From: Entomortierella parvispora E1425
Taxonomy: Eukaryota; Fungi; Mortierellomycota
Direction: 5' to 3'
NCBI GenBank assembly: GCA_020891255.1
Contig: BQFW01000001.1
Location: forward strand, 186,001 to 250,000
DNA: 64,000 nucleotides
Shown: positions 24,012 to 35,452 of the stretch, in pieces
Numbering within the stretch: position 1 is the stretch's first letter
Layout: every line of letters starts with the position of its first letter
Notes under the pieces: model-generated
The model's database searches: none
What the model was told of the DNA's origin: nothing
The model's input: only the letters and a program-made list of their open reading frames with translations
Translations under genes and position numbers: made by a program

Positions 24012-24820
24012 TGAAGAACCCTCGTAGCTGCGCCTTCCTTACCTGGTATAAAGAACGCTGTGGCGAATGTCAGTTGTTTACCTGGGTTCGCTCGGTTCGG
24101 TTATAAAAAGATATGGGAGCTCCTCCTTCTCATCCGGGTGCACGGGTTCCCTGATCTGCTGTTCCTTTGTTTCTGACCTGTTACTCGGAATCCGTGCCGC
24201 CGATCGGCTGTGCCTGCAAAAAGGAAGACAAGAGTTTTTTTTGCCAAGCTCTGGCAATTGAACAAACACTGCCGCAGAGCCTATAGGTGATCGATCTAAT
24301 GGGTCGACAGGGTAATATAGTTTGTAAACCAACATGCCTGAGGGTCGATTGAGGCAACTAGTCCATCTAACAGCCCCACAGGTCCGACTCTGGATGAACG
24401 GCGTTTCGATCAGTAAAAAAAAAGATGGTCTCTGAGCTTCCAATTCGATACACTGCCACATCACGTCCTTTCTGGAGAGCCATTCAGTGGCGCGGACTCA
24501 TCGCGGCGAAGCATGCGGTCTTTGCCAGCGGTCCTTTTTTGTGTTGTGCTCAGTTGGCTCTCAAAATGCGGCGTGTGCCCAGCGTACAGTACCAGCAATT
24601 GCTTATTTTAGTGCCACACTTTAGCGTCCTTGTGTCCCCTGTTTGCCACCACCAGCGAGGATGGTGTCTGATGGTGTCATGCCTGTTCCGTTGACAGGCA
24701 TGCCTTTGACACATATAAATAATCGGCCGTGTCTCTTCCGTTATTCGACTTGTCCCTCATCTCACCCATACCCTCTTCACTCTTTCACCCACACCGCTAC
24801 TTTTACACTCTCTCTAAGCC

Positions 24821-25619
24821 ATGAAGTTCTCCACCATCCTTTCCATCGCCGCGGTCTTTGTTGTCGCTGTCGCCGCTGGCCCCACTCCTGTTGAGGAGAA
24901 CACCGTTGCTGCCGTTCCCGAGGTTTACGAAGAGCTCTCTCCCTTCCTGGGAGCACCAATCGAGGGAGGTGTTGACAAGAGAGAAGGTACGTACCTTTAG
25001 AAGTTCGTGTGCTGTTTGTTACTCGTACCTTTTGTGCAACACTGCAGATTTTTTTTTGTTGTTACTGACTGCATTGGGCCTGTCGATCTTGTTTCTTGTC
25101 TATCAGACACCAAAACTGCAGAGCTTGTTGCTGCTGCATCCCTCATCTTTGAAGATGTTGGTCCCCTCGCCGAGGATGTCGAAATCGAGACCCGATCTCT
25201 TGAGAAGAGAGGACGTAAGTTTTTTTAAAGCTCATCGAAAGAGCGTGCTCGATGCAATGGCTCCCTGTCCGTCTGTCCAGCTGTTTGTCTGTTTGCCTGC
25301 TCCTTCAAACTTATACGTTCCTTTGTGTTTTGTAAACCCAGTCCAATGCAAAAAGGGCTATGGTCTTTGCCCCAAGTCCAAGAACAAGTGCTGCCAGCTC
25401 GGTGGTGACTGCTGCAAGAAGGGCTGCTGCAATGCCGGTTCCTGGTGCTATGCTGGCGGCTGCTGCAAGAACAACCAGATGGGTTGCGATAACAAGTCTT
25501 GCTGCCCCCGTAACTCGCGCTGCTGCAAGGGTGGCGGATGCTGCGCCTCGAACCAGAACTGCTGGATCTCAGCCAAGGGCAAGAAGGGCTGCTGCCCCGT
25601 TGGCAAGATTTGCGCCTAA
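24821..25619 (+). CDS. Secreted prepro-peptide (183 aa): signal, acidic pro-region with two Kex2 sites, 93-aa basic mature peptide with 22 Cys
   Basis: Exons 24821-24986, 25107-25214, 25342-25619 with gtacgt/gtaagt donors and cag acceptors join in frame; MKFSTILSIAAVFVVAVAA; VDKR and LEKR; mature GLQCKKGYGLC...CCPVGKICA. Confidence 0.88.
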
Positions 25620-25792
25620 AATGCCTCCTTCTCACTCGAGAGGATAGAGCGACTCTTCTGTCTGGATTTCACTGTTGCCAACTATATATAATAAACCCGC
25701 ATTCTTGTACTGTACATCAAGTTACTCTGGTCTATTTGCGTAAATATGAGCCCCAGGGACTTTATTCATAAATATTGTAAGGGTCGCGGCAT

Positions 25793-27718
25793 CTATCCAG
25801 GTGGATAACTGTAGATATGATTGACCTTTGAGCCAGTATGGGCATACAATCCCGCTCGAGTCATATCGTCTGTTTTGTAATACATTACCCTCCCGTACTC
25901 CAACTTCTGGTATAAGTTCACAGCAACTCTGTATACATCCTCTTGATCCTGATAATCATAAGTATATACGATGATAACACCCGCCTTTGAGTTTTTCGCA
26001 TTAGGATTTTCCTTTGCTGTGGAACACTTTGCCAAGCCTCCTAGTTCATCCTGCTCTGTAAGATGTTTCACTATAGCCCACTTTTCATCAAGGGCAGCCT
26101 TGCTGTAAAACAGCATCCATTTTCCTACACGTGGACCGCTTCTATATTCCTTCGATAGCGATTGTGCCCAAACCCAATAGTCGTTGAATATCTGGGTAGG
26201 ATTCTGTATGTTGGACATTTGCGGGTTCTTGAGACTGTTTGGAAGGCTCGGTGGGTTGAGGCGATTTGGGCCGTCATCCACCAATCGCTGCAACTGATAA
26301 ACAATATGCCCGAAAACTTGAGTAGCCTTTGTTGCCCAGTCGCCAAATTCATTTGAAAAATGAAGCAGAACTGGAGACGTACTCAACGAAAATGTCGGAT
26401 CGTTGTAGCCAGATTCATGCAATACGTCTGTTTTGCACTCCAAGAAAGTCCAGGTAGTGGCATCGGTGACAATTCCATACGAGAATACAGGCGAGGCGTT
26501 GTCACCATCGCGACTATCGTCCTGGAATTTCCGTTTTTGTCCTGTTAACGCACTACCATGCTGGTCATTAGCGTCCTGAAGCTTCCATTTCCGTCCTGAA
26601 GTTATCGTGTCCAGTTGCACCATGTTTCTGGATACTGAGTTACATTCCGTTGGTCCACGAATGGTAACGGCTAGCATCCGTGATGGATCATCCTTTGATA
26701 CAATAGCGTAGTCGAGACATCCGCTCCCTCGCCTTCCTGATATAGCTTTGTTCGGGCACATTGTCAACTCGGGGAAAAGCCCGACCGCATGTATCAGAAA
26801 CACAGCAACATACAGGGAACTTCCAGCCTCAGATGACATAGATTCACCCGTCCACATGGCCATGACAGTGGATTTCAGTGTTCTTAGCAAGTCGTCAACA
26901 GCTTGAAGGTGTGCAGGCGAGGTCAATGGAGTGGATCCAGCAGATCCGAGCTCTTTCAGATTTTGGTCGCCATATATTCTGTCAGAATCAGACAACGTAA
27001 ACTCAGGAAACGGCCGTGGTCGACCCTCGAGACGGATGGAGATTTGTCGATCACCGTTAGTTTGGAGATAAGAGCGCAGGTCCTGGTCCGATTCGGGATA
27101 TATGACCTCCTTGCAATTGGGTTGCTCTATCACAACGCTTCCCTCGGTCCAGACCTTGCTGTTCCATTGCTGCTGGTTGTATACGATATCTCGCAGTTCT
27201 TTTAGAGTAGCTGTTGCGGTATCAGCGGCCCATTGAAAAATAAGTGGTGTCCTGCCTTTGACCTTGACGGTGAACGTGGCGCCTGTAGTAATTTCCGAAA
27301 CTTGGGGAAAGCAGAGTTAATTGCCTGCAAGAGATTAACAAATGACAGCGGATGAAAACATTGATGAAGAGCACATTTATGTTGTACCTCGATGGGGTTG
27401 CTGGACAATGATGTACAATGTTGAGTTGGGTAGTTGATCTTCCAAGACATCGACAAGATCTTCAACGGGACTGAGCTTTGTCGCCGATTGAATCTCTGTC
27501 ACGGCGATTGGTTTGTGTTTGAAAGATGAAAACACAGGACAGGAGACGCGCCAAAGGGTGAGCTCTCCTGCCAGCACTTCGTTGAACCGATGAGTCTTCT
27601 CGGCTTTGATGAGTTTCCGGAGGTGAGCCACAGAACGCAATGAATAGGTCTTGATCGCAAATGCTTTTGACGTGGGATCGCCGTTGACAACACAATTGAC
27701 ACTGATGGCGATGTCCAT
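25793..27718 (-). CDS. Crinkler (CRN)-family protein (~612 aa): Ubl header, REase-like domain, C-terminal DUF1917/Bles03-like domain
   Basis: Exon 1 27718-27388 is a CRN header (ISVNCVVNGDPTSKAF...LRKLIKAEK..RFNEVLAGELTLWRVS...TLYIIVQQP). Exon 2 27300-25793 is in frame using the aag acceptor after branch-like attaac. REase-like GCLDYAI...VQLD...YGIVTDATTWTFLEC, then GKWMLF..LDEKW..LGGLAKCST..VIIVYTYDY.D.EDV.RV..YYKTD..T.AG.Y. Confidence 0.78.
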
Positions 27719-27789
27719 TACGGGGGAGGGGCACTGGTGATGGATGGATGGAGCAAAATGGTTGGAGTGAGGAAGTGAGGAGCGAGAGA

Positions 27790-28595
27790 GGAGGGTGAAA
27801 CCTCCATGCACTCGCGGTCCACCTCTGGCGGGTGTGGGACAAAGTCGAGGCGAAGTCAAGGCGGAGAACCATTTGCTTTGCCTTTGGCCAAATGTGACGT
27901 GCTGAACTTGACAACAGACACTTCTCGCGTTTAATCTCCGCTCGGTAGGCCTCTGGGCTGACCAAAGGACGAAGTGCGTCCTTCTTGGGGAGACTCTTGT
28001 CCTGCCTGAGTAGCTCCACTCGCTGGTCATTGATCTGGGCTGCCAGATCCCCCAACGCGCGTAGCATGACTGCCCCGAAAGAAGAGACCGCTTCTCTGAT
28101 GATGTCGGGAGCGTCGTCATTTTTGAGTACGGCATACAGGAGAAGGTCAACTGGACGGGTGGCGTTGGCCACCGCTTCCTGTAGTTTGACGAGAATCTTG
28201 TCTGTGGATTGACAATTCTTGGAGACAGAGAAAGATTGTGGGATGGTCTTGGGCGTGTAGAGGCGGCCATGAGTGTTTGGATAACCCCGTTGGAACTCTT
28301 TGGTTTCTTCATCGGAACGTCTCTCCGTAAAGAATAGTTCTGGGTCAGAGGGGAGGATCTCTGGGCAGAGATCCACGAGCCATCCTGGAGGGTAAGAGTC
28401 AGGGCGTTGTTCCGAAAGCCTGAAGTTTGGATCATCGTCCCAGAAGGAGATCCGTTCAGGAGCGGAAGCCGTGACCGTAGGGGAAGGAGAGGAAGGTGTG
28501 TGCTCAGCAGCTGGGGCAGGGGCCGCAGCTGCAACAGCCTGGAGAAGTTGAATGAGAAGTGCATTGGTGGTGTTGTGGCTAGGCGGTGTAGACAT
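27790..28595 (-). mobile_element. Truncated, decayed gag-like ORF of a DIRS/tyrosine-recombinase-type retrotransposon
   Basis: ATG at 28595. The string RGYPNTHGRLYTPK..TDKILVKLQEAVANATRPVD..MLRALGDLAAQINDQRVE resembles fungal DIRS gag. An RGG-type tail is in a shifted frame. No RT, RNaseH or YR was found in the window. Confidence 0.6.
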
Positions 28596-28702
28596 AGGAA
28601 GGAGTGAACTCAAGAGGTTGCAGAATGGTGAGCCTGGCGAACGAAAAGAAGATAAAGAGCTAGATAGAGCGCACAAAGTATAATAGTTTTATGGACAAAC
28701 GA

Positions 28703-29298
28703 ATTCTACACACCCCCCGTGAAATCGAGCAGTCACGGGGGGCACACATTTTTGGTTTCCGACCTCTTTCAATCCCACTGAGAATACCTCTTCAGGCTTC
28801 TCGTTGCTTATTCTGCACCCCCCCTGGAAAGTTGTGTTGTCCTATGAGTCCCATTGCCTCGTGAAGCTCCCAGAGAGCATCAGTCAAGGTCCCCTGTTAC
28901 CACTTCACACCCATCGTTGAAAATCTTCTGAGTTCTTTAAGCGGGATCCACGCTACTGACGAGAGTGTCGGTAAAAGACCCCACCCAGTTGATATTCAGC
29001 ACCTCAGACCTTGCGTCTTTATGTGGGGAAGATGGAAGAAGTTCGCGTGAGACAACGTCAGACTTGATATTCACTGGGGGATGATCAGCTCTGAGTTCTT
29101 ATGAGGTAGTGAAAGTTCAAAGGGTTGGTCATTCTCACTGGGGGTGAGTAAAGACATTGTTTTTCAATCTCACGGGTATGGGAGAGTGAGAATAGGCCGT
29201 GGAGACAAGCTTGACGGGGTCCAAGGGGGGTGAGATTGTGCGGAGATGAAAAGTTGTGCACCCAGTGAACATGCGATTTCACGGGGGGTGTTGAGAAT
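28703..29298. mobile_element. ~0.6-kb non-autonomous TIR element (MITE-like)
   Basis: Perfect 18-bp inverted repeat acaccccccgtgaaatcg (28710-28727 / 29274-29291), 23/25 when extended; internal repeated tcac(t)ggggg motifs; no clear TSD. Confidence 0.6.
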
Positions 29299-30463
29299 AC
29301 TATAGTCCTAGTTTTATTCAAAGAATTTTCATTTAGGGGCTTTGAAGTTCGAACGAAAATAAAAGAAGATACACACATATCTGGGTCCAGTCCGACGGAA
29401 GAATAACTCGCGTGCATGTCATTTTTTGCAGTGCCTTCCCATTGAAGGAGCAGGCACAGGTTTGCTCGGGTTCGCTTTACTGATCTTGGTAGCTGAACAC
29501 AGTTTCGTCGTGTGTGAAATCAGAGGAGGAAGTTGGGGCATCAATTGACACGCTCCTTGCTCCATCGTCCGTAGGTCTGTGAATAGCTTTATCTGACGAT
29601 GTAGGCTTGCTCCGGGAGAGTCGGTCAGCAGGCCATGTTACTTGTGACCATTAGAGGAGATAAATATCACCTTAGAGGGCAAGGGCTTGTACTTTGATGG
29701 ATTGGGATCATGCTTAGAGCATCCTGTGGGTCAAGTTGCGGCGGGCATGTTGGGTACGAATTGGTCGCCTCAGTCCATTCATTTTAGGACCATGTACCTT
29801 TAGCGACACACGTTCCTAGTACCCCGACTATAAGTCCCCGATGGGTTCTATGGAACATCTACACCATGGAGCCCAAGACCCTACTTCATGTTGTGTCAGA
29901 TCCAGCCCCAGTATCAGATCCAGCTCCATGTTGTGTCAGCCCCATCACAAGCCCTTTCGATTCAAGATAAATAGTTGGTGTTCTTCCCCTTTGTCACGAT
30001 CAGACAAGACAGGAACAAGGAGGAAAGGACAAGGTGAGGTTTATTGTGAATTGCAGACTGAGGAACACGTAAGATATTCAGGGGGGTTATGTAGTGGAAA
30101 GTAGGGGCAAGCCTGGGACCAGCCTAGACCAGGTTCAGGCCCGCATCAAGCAGAGTCAGGGAAGTAGCTCGCCATTCAAATGGTATTGATCGTAATTCTA
30201 GGCCTATGGACAGAGTCCCCGATGGCGACAGAGGAGGGCCTTGTAGGTGTAATTGAGAGCCACACCTTGGCCCAAGAAGGGTGTTTGCCTGAGCCCGGTG
30301 CCATAAGCTTCGCTACTCGATCCAGGACGAGGGACTTGCGAGACGCGTCAAGTCCGATCCGGATTAAGGGCTGTTCGTGACCAACGTGGAGAGGATGCTG
30401 ATATGTCTTGATCAAGAACTTGGTTTGCTGACTTTTTTTTTAATGCTGCATGATAGCAATAAA

Positions 30464-30616
30464 AAAGAACGAAAGGTGGGGTGAATGAACAAAAGGTGGG
30501 GTGAAAGAACGAAAGGTGGGGTGAAGGAACGAAAGGAGGGGTGAAGGAACGAAAGGAGGGGTGAAGGAACGAAAGGAGGGGTGAAGGAACGAAAGGAGGG
30601 GTGAAGGAACGAAAGG
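30464..30616. repeat. 20-bp minisatellite (aaggaacgaaaggaggggtg), ~7.6 units
   Basis: Direct reading of tandem units. Confidence 0.95.
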
Positions 30617-30617
30617 C

Positions 30618-31151
30618 TTATCCACATCCATAGTTAGAATTGATAAGGTAACAACACTCCCCATCAAAAAAACTCCATTCACCGCAGCATCTAGAGACTG
30701 CAGTAACATTGCCAGCAATCAACGTATTGTTGTGAGATTTGTTTCTGAGCAATCTGGAATTCTTGAGTTCACCTCTATCTTGCGGATTCTGACTTCTGCC
30801 AGAATTAAATGCGGACCATGCACTCAAATTTGAACCAAAATAAACACGGGGATTTGTGGTGGGAGCTCCAGCACTACAAAGCTCAGGGGCCTCCTGAGGA
30901 TTGTTCCTGGCAACTACCGTAACAGCAGTTGCCATCAAGCTTGAAATTGGAGCCAATTGACCGCAAATGTTTTGCACACATGCGTAGCCCAAGCCTGCCA
31001 CACAAGCAGCCCGAAGATAGTCGTTCCCTGCGAAAGTGGCGTAGCAGAAAGCATAATCGGTTGCTAGGCAGAAGGCCCATTCTCTGTATGTGCACCTAGC
31101 CGCAGCGCACACAGAAATGAATGCCAATACAGATATTTTATAAAGATGCAT
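30618..31151 (-). CDS. Putative small secreted Cys-rich protein, 177 aa, single exon, unknown function
   Basis: MHLYKISVLAFISVCAAA signal-like start; six regularly spaced Cys in CTYREWAFC..C..C..C..C; C-terminal CCGEW..ECC..GCG; uninterrupted ORF. Confidence 0.6.
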   Translation of the reverse strand: MHLYKISVLAFISVCAAARCTYREWAFCLATDYAFCYATFAGNDYLRAACVAGLGYACVQNICGQLAPISSLMATAVTVVARNNPQEAPELCSAGAPTTNPRVYFGSNLSAWSAFNSGRSQNPQDRGELKNSRLLRNKSHNNTLIAGNVTAVSRCCGEWSFFDGECCYLINSNYGCG

Positions 31152-31155
31152 GTCC

Positions 31156-31326
31156 AAGAAAAGTGGCAGAAGAAAAGAAAAGTGGCAGAAGAAAAGAAAA
31201 GTGGCAGAAGAAAAGAAAAGTGGCAGAAGAAAAGAAAAGTGGCAGAAGAAAAGAAAAGTGGCAGAAGAAAAGAAAAGTGGCAGAAGAAAAGAAAAGTGGC
31301 AGAAGAAAAGAAAAGTACAGGAAAAG
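31156..31326. repeat. 19-bp minisatellite (aagaaaagtggcagaagaa), 8 perfect units plus 1 variant
   Basis: Direct reading of tandem units. Confidence 0.95.
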
Positions 31327-32063
31327 AAAAAAAAAATATTTATATAATTATGAAAGATGGTTTGAGATGATGGGGGCAGCGTAAGAGAACTCAGAATAAG
31401 AAAGCACAAATGGTAAAAGGCGCACTGCACAAAAGCAGGGCGTACATGCTGCAGGTCTGGTTTTCTTTGTTGTTGTCCACAAACCTTCCGCGTGTCTCTA
31501 CATTTCATGGGAACCGTCAAGCACAACACGTTGTGACAATTTTGAAATTTACAGGTGGAACCACATCGAGTCCAACTACGTCGCGAGGGGACAACGAGGA
31601 CAACCGTCTCATTGACTTGCGATATTCAAGCCAAAGAGGAAATGTGCGCACAAACATTGAGCAAACTGCCAGGGTGTGCTCCGTTGCCCTCGAAGTTTGT
31701 GGATACTTCTACTGCACATGCACATTTAGATCGAGATGGTGAGAAAACTACACGCAGCTTGTGCTCACATAAACTTCCTTTCTCCTTGATCAACCTTAAT
31801 TATTGAGTTTTGAGGTCCTAGCTAACAAAGAAACACCAATGGAAAGCAGACAACACAGAAAAGGGCCCTCTGGACAACAATGTCGGATGGCGCCATGGTC
31901 ATGCGCCGCAAAATGTCTTGTTTGGGGACCTCTCCATATAACCATAGCGCCCTGCATGACTAGCAAGGCGGGGACTTCGCAGGCACTAGGGCGCGGTGAA
32001 AACCCCGGAAAACCAATGAGAAAGCATTGGACAACAAATACGAGGGAAGGTGGCCTCTCTTTG

Positions 32064-32264
32064 AAGTGAAGTTCGCGCGTTTAAAGTTCATATGGGATTT
32101 GTGCACAAAAATTATCCATGGCTAGGGAATGGATACGGTCAAAACGGTTGACCGAACCGGTGGTAACTTCTCTGAACCTCTATTTAACCGGTATCAAGTC
32201 ATTGCGGATGGATATTTTTTTATACACAAATCCCATATGAACTTCAAACGCGCGAACTTCACTT
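32064..32264. mobile_element. 201-bp MITE with ~40-bp terminal inverted repeats
   Basis: aagtgaagttcgcgcgtttaaagttcatatgggatttgtg versus cacaaatcccatatgaacttcaaacgcgcgaacttcactt (39/40 complementary), extending imperfectly to ~55 bp; TSD not evident. Confidence 0.8.
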
Positions 32265-32502
32265 GTTATTTGTCGTCCAATAATTCTGTCTAGTTGTTCT
32301 TCTGAGCCGCCTTCATCCACATCTGTCGCTTATTGTCCAAAGCTAGGATTGGCAGAACACAAGCATTGTCGTGCAGGTTTGTGGTCAAAAATCGAGGATT
32401 TTTCACGACTTTTGTTAACAAAGAATACCTTTGAACAAAGATTGGCTAGGCGAAGGATGCGCACTGGGGTGGATGAGGACGGCTCTGGGGTTTTCACCGC
32501 AC

Positions 32503-32580
32503 CCTGGTCAGGCACCGCGCCCTGGTCATGCACCGCGCCCTCGTCATGCACCGCGCCCTTGTCATGCACCAGCGCCCTGG
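32503..32580. repeat. 18-bp tandem repeat (cctggtcatgcaccgcgc), ~4 units
   Basis: Direct reading. Confidence 0.85.
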
Positions 32581-33379
32581 GGAGTGTTCACATGTAATAG
32601 GCACAGAGGAGGGGGTACAAGGACAGGGAAGAGGCAGAGTTGAAGAAGCGAATGCTGTTTAATGAGTTGGAGGGAGGGGGTATATATTGTTTATCTGGCT
32701 ATGGTAACTATGTTGGGTTTGGAATGCTGGAGTGGTAGGGGTTGGAATAGTTGAAGTGGAGTGATAGGATCAGAGAGGCTGCAGACACGCGTTGCACCAC
32801 ACCATGTCGCTGCGAACGAGCCCATATGCCTCTGAACTTCACATTGAACTTTACTGCTGAGCCTTGTTGTACGAGCTATGTGGAGCACTGGTGGACGACA
32901 AATATGGAACTGTTGGGCCAGCCAACAAAGAGAAACCTCCATCAATGAGGATGAGGAGGGCGATTATTCATTTGTTGTAATGACCATACTGGGGTTCCGT
33001 ATAAAATTGAACTTTTATTCATATCTTTCGCAAAATCCTTCAGTTTCATCCCAACGCCAAAATGTTTGCTCGTGTTAACATCTCCATTCTTCTTCTGACA
33101 CTCTTGGTGGTCATTATTCCTTTGACAAGCGCAGTCTTGTCACCGGTGAAGAACACCAAGATGCAGTCCCTGATCATCTCGGCCCTGCCAGTGGCTGTCA
33201 ATGGGCCGTCGATCCTTACAGCTATCCTTGGACTTAGAAATAACTCGAGCAAACATGGATCGAGCAGGCCACGTTACCATTGAATCAAGACTACAAGCTA
33301 TCATCATCCTATCACCTTCCCCCAGAAAAACAAAAAAAAAAACACAGAAAAAGAACTAGTTATAATAAAGTCTCTTTTC

Positions 33380-35210
33380 ATTGGGACTGTCGGGAGAGGA
33401 AGATCTTGGGAGGGAAGATGGCAGGAGGAAAGAGGGACAAGAGGCAAGAAAAGAGGAGCAAGAGAAGAGAAGGGACAAGAGGGAAGAGAGGAGGCAACAA
33501 AGAGGGAAAAGAGACGGACAAGAGGCGTTTGCTGCTGGGAGCCAACAGAGGATTCAACAACAACTGAGAGGGGAAACAAAAAACATCGAAAAATATTGGT
33601 GCCAGCAGCCACAACGCGCATCCAAATTTTTCAGCAACAACTTCAGATCATTCCTCCCTTGGGTGGTCATGCAAGACAGGCTTGTCATAGAGGAAGAGCG
33701 AGAAAGACAAGAGGGGAGAAATCAAACAGACAAGTGCAAGACAGAAGAAGACGACAAGGAAGGAAGAAAAGAAACGATCAAGACTGACAATCAAGAGGGA
33801 AGAGAAGAAAGGCAAGAAGGGTGAGAGAGGAAGAGAGTTACAGTTGAATGCAAAAAACGAAAGAGTGACGCAAGAGAGGGGGGGACCAGACAAAAGAAGA
33901 AGACATCGGGTCCGAAGACATCAGAGAAGGAAAAGAGGAGAGAGACTGACGAATAAGAGAAGACAGGGAAGAGAGGAGAGGAACAAGATGGAAGAGAAGA
34001 AAAGAGAAGAGAGGGGAAAGAGGAGAGGGACAAGATGGAAGAAGAGAAAAGACGAGCAAGAGGGAAGAGAGGTAGTTCCGAAAAGAGAGACTACCAAAAG
34101 AGAAAAGAGGAGACGAACAAGAGGAAAAACAAGAAAAGAGACGATCGTCAAGAGCAAGGAGCAAGGGAGAAAGACGACGATCAATCCACACGACAACAAA
34201 CAAAAACAGGAGCAGGGTTCTTGGTGTTTTTTTTTGCCAGCAGCCGAAAACTGTTCCTCCAAGAATTACTCTTCCCTTGGATGGACATGTCCACCCTGAT
34301 GCGGAGACAGTTGCCACAGTCGGCAGCGGAACATCTTCCAGATCTCATAACATGAGGACATTTGTAGACGTGATTTTTTTTTTTTTTGTTTGAAGTTTCT
34401 TCCGCTGCTGGAGCTCAAGGACATTTGTTTCCAACAAATCAAGGTCAAGTTAGCACCTATCAGTCTGGCCATGAGCAAATGCTGTAAATGGAAGAGAAAA
34501 GAGGATTGGAAGAGATGAGAGGAATTGAAGAGGCAAGAGGGATAGAAGAGAGGATATGGCAAGCTCAAGAAGGCAGGAGACAAAGAGAGATGGAGGGGAG
34601 AGAAAAAAAAGAGACTGGTTTAGGGACGATCAGTCCCAACGGCAACTAACAACAAAGCACGTTTCTCCCCCTCGAGAATGGTCTTGGGATGATCGTCGAT
34701 AGCGAAGGGAAGAGAACATGGGTACTGTACAAGAGGAAGAGAAGAGAGGGACAAGAGGGAGGAGTAGAGTGGAGCGGGTCAAGAGGGAAGAGAAGAGAGG
34801 GACGAAAGAGGAGAGATCGAAGAGACAAGCTCAAAAGGGAAGACAAGAGGGAAGAAAGAGAAGAGAAACAAGAGCAAGGGCAAGAAGAGAGGGAGGAAAG
34901 AGCAGAGAGAAAGTGGGAGAGAGTTCAGGAACGATCAGTCCATACGATGCGAGCAACAAACAAAAAAAAACGGTGCAAGGTTTTTTTGGTGCCAGCAGCA
35001 GAGAAGCGCGCCTCCATGTCTACTTTCTTGGGTGGACATGTGCAGTCTGTTGTAGGCACGCGGAGAGCGTTGCCACACCATTTTGTTGCGCTTTGGCAGA
35101 GAGGACTGGACTCAAGCGCGTCAAAACCGCAGTTTTTTTTTTGACTTTTCCTCATACCAGTTTTTTCTGCAGCCAGCGAGAATTTGTTTCCAAGACATCA
35201 ACAATCAATA
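33380..35210. repeat. Purine-rich low-complexity tract built from three highly diverged ~0.65-0.75 kb units
   Basis: Strong A/G strand bias; anchor (g/t)tgccagcagc at ~33598, ~34234 and ~34988; similar downstream text after the last two anchors (ggacatgt..., gttgccaca..., atttgtttcca). Confidence 0.55.
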
Positions 35211-35452
35211 CTGTAAACCGTAAATAAGCGGCCGAGCCTGGATCAATCGATCGGTATGTGGTTCTTATATCTACTTAGTTGGCGACTGAGATGAAAGGGA
35301 AGGGGAAGAGAATAACGATAAAGTGACGCCAGAGGAAAAAGCTGCTGCCATTCCCGAGACGCGCTGTCTCGTTTTGTTTTTCCCATGACTTATATGAAGT
35401 GCAAGGGAGACAAGTCATAATGTTGATCGATGTTGGCCATGACTGAGTACTG

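Noticed and set aside
33062-33256. 16-bp inverted repeat (15/16) around a 73-aa hydrophobic ORF
   Set aside because: Too short, no TSD and no recognisable product; could be chance
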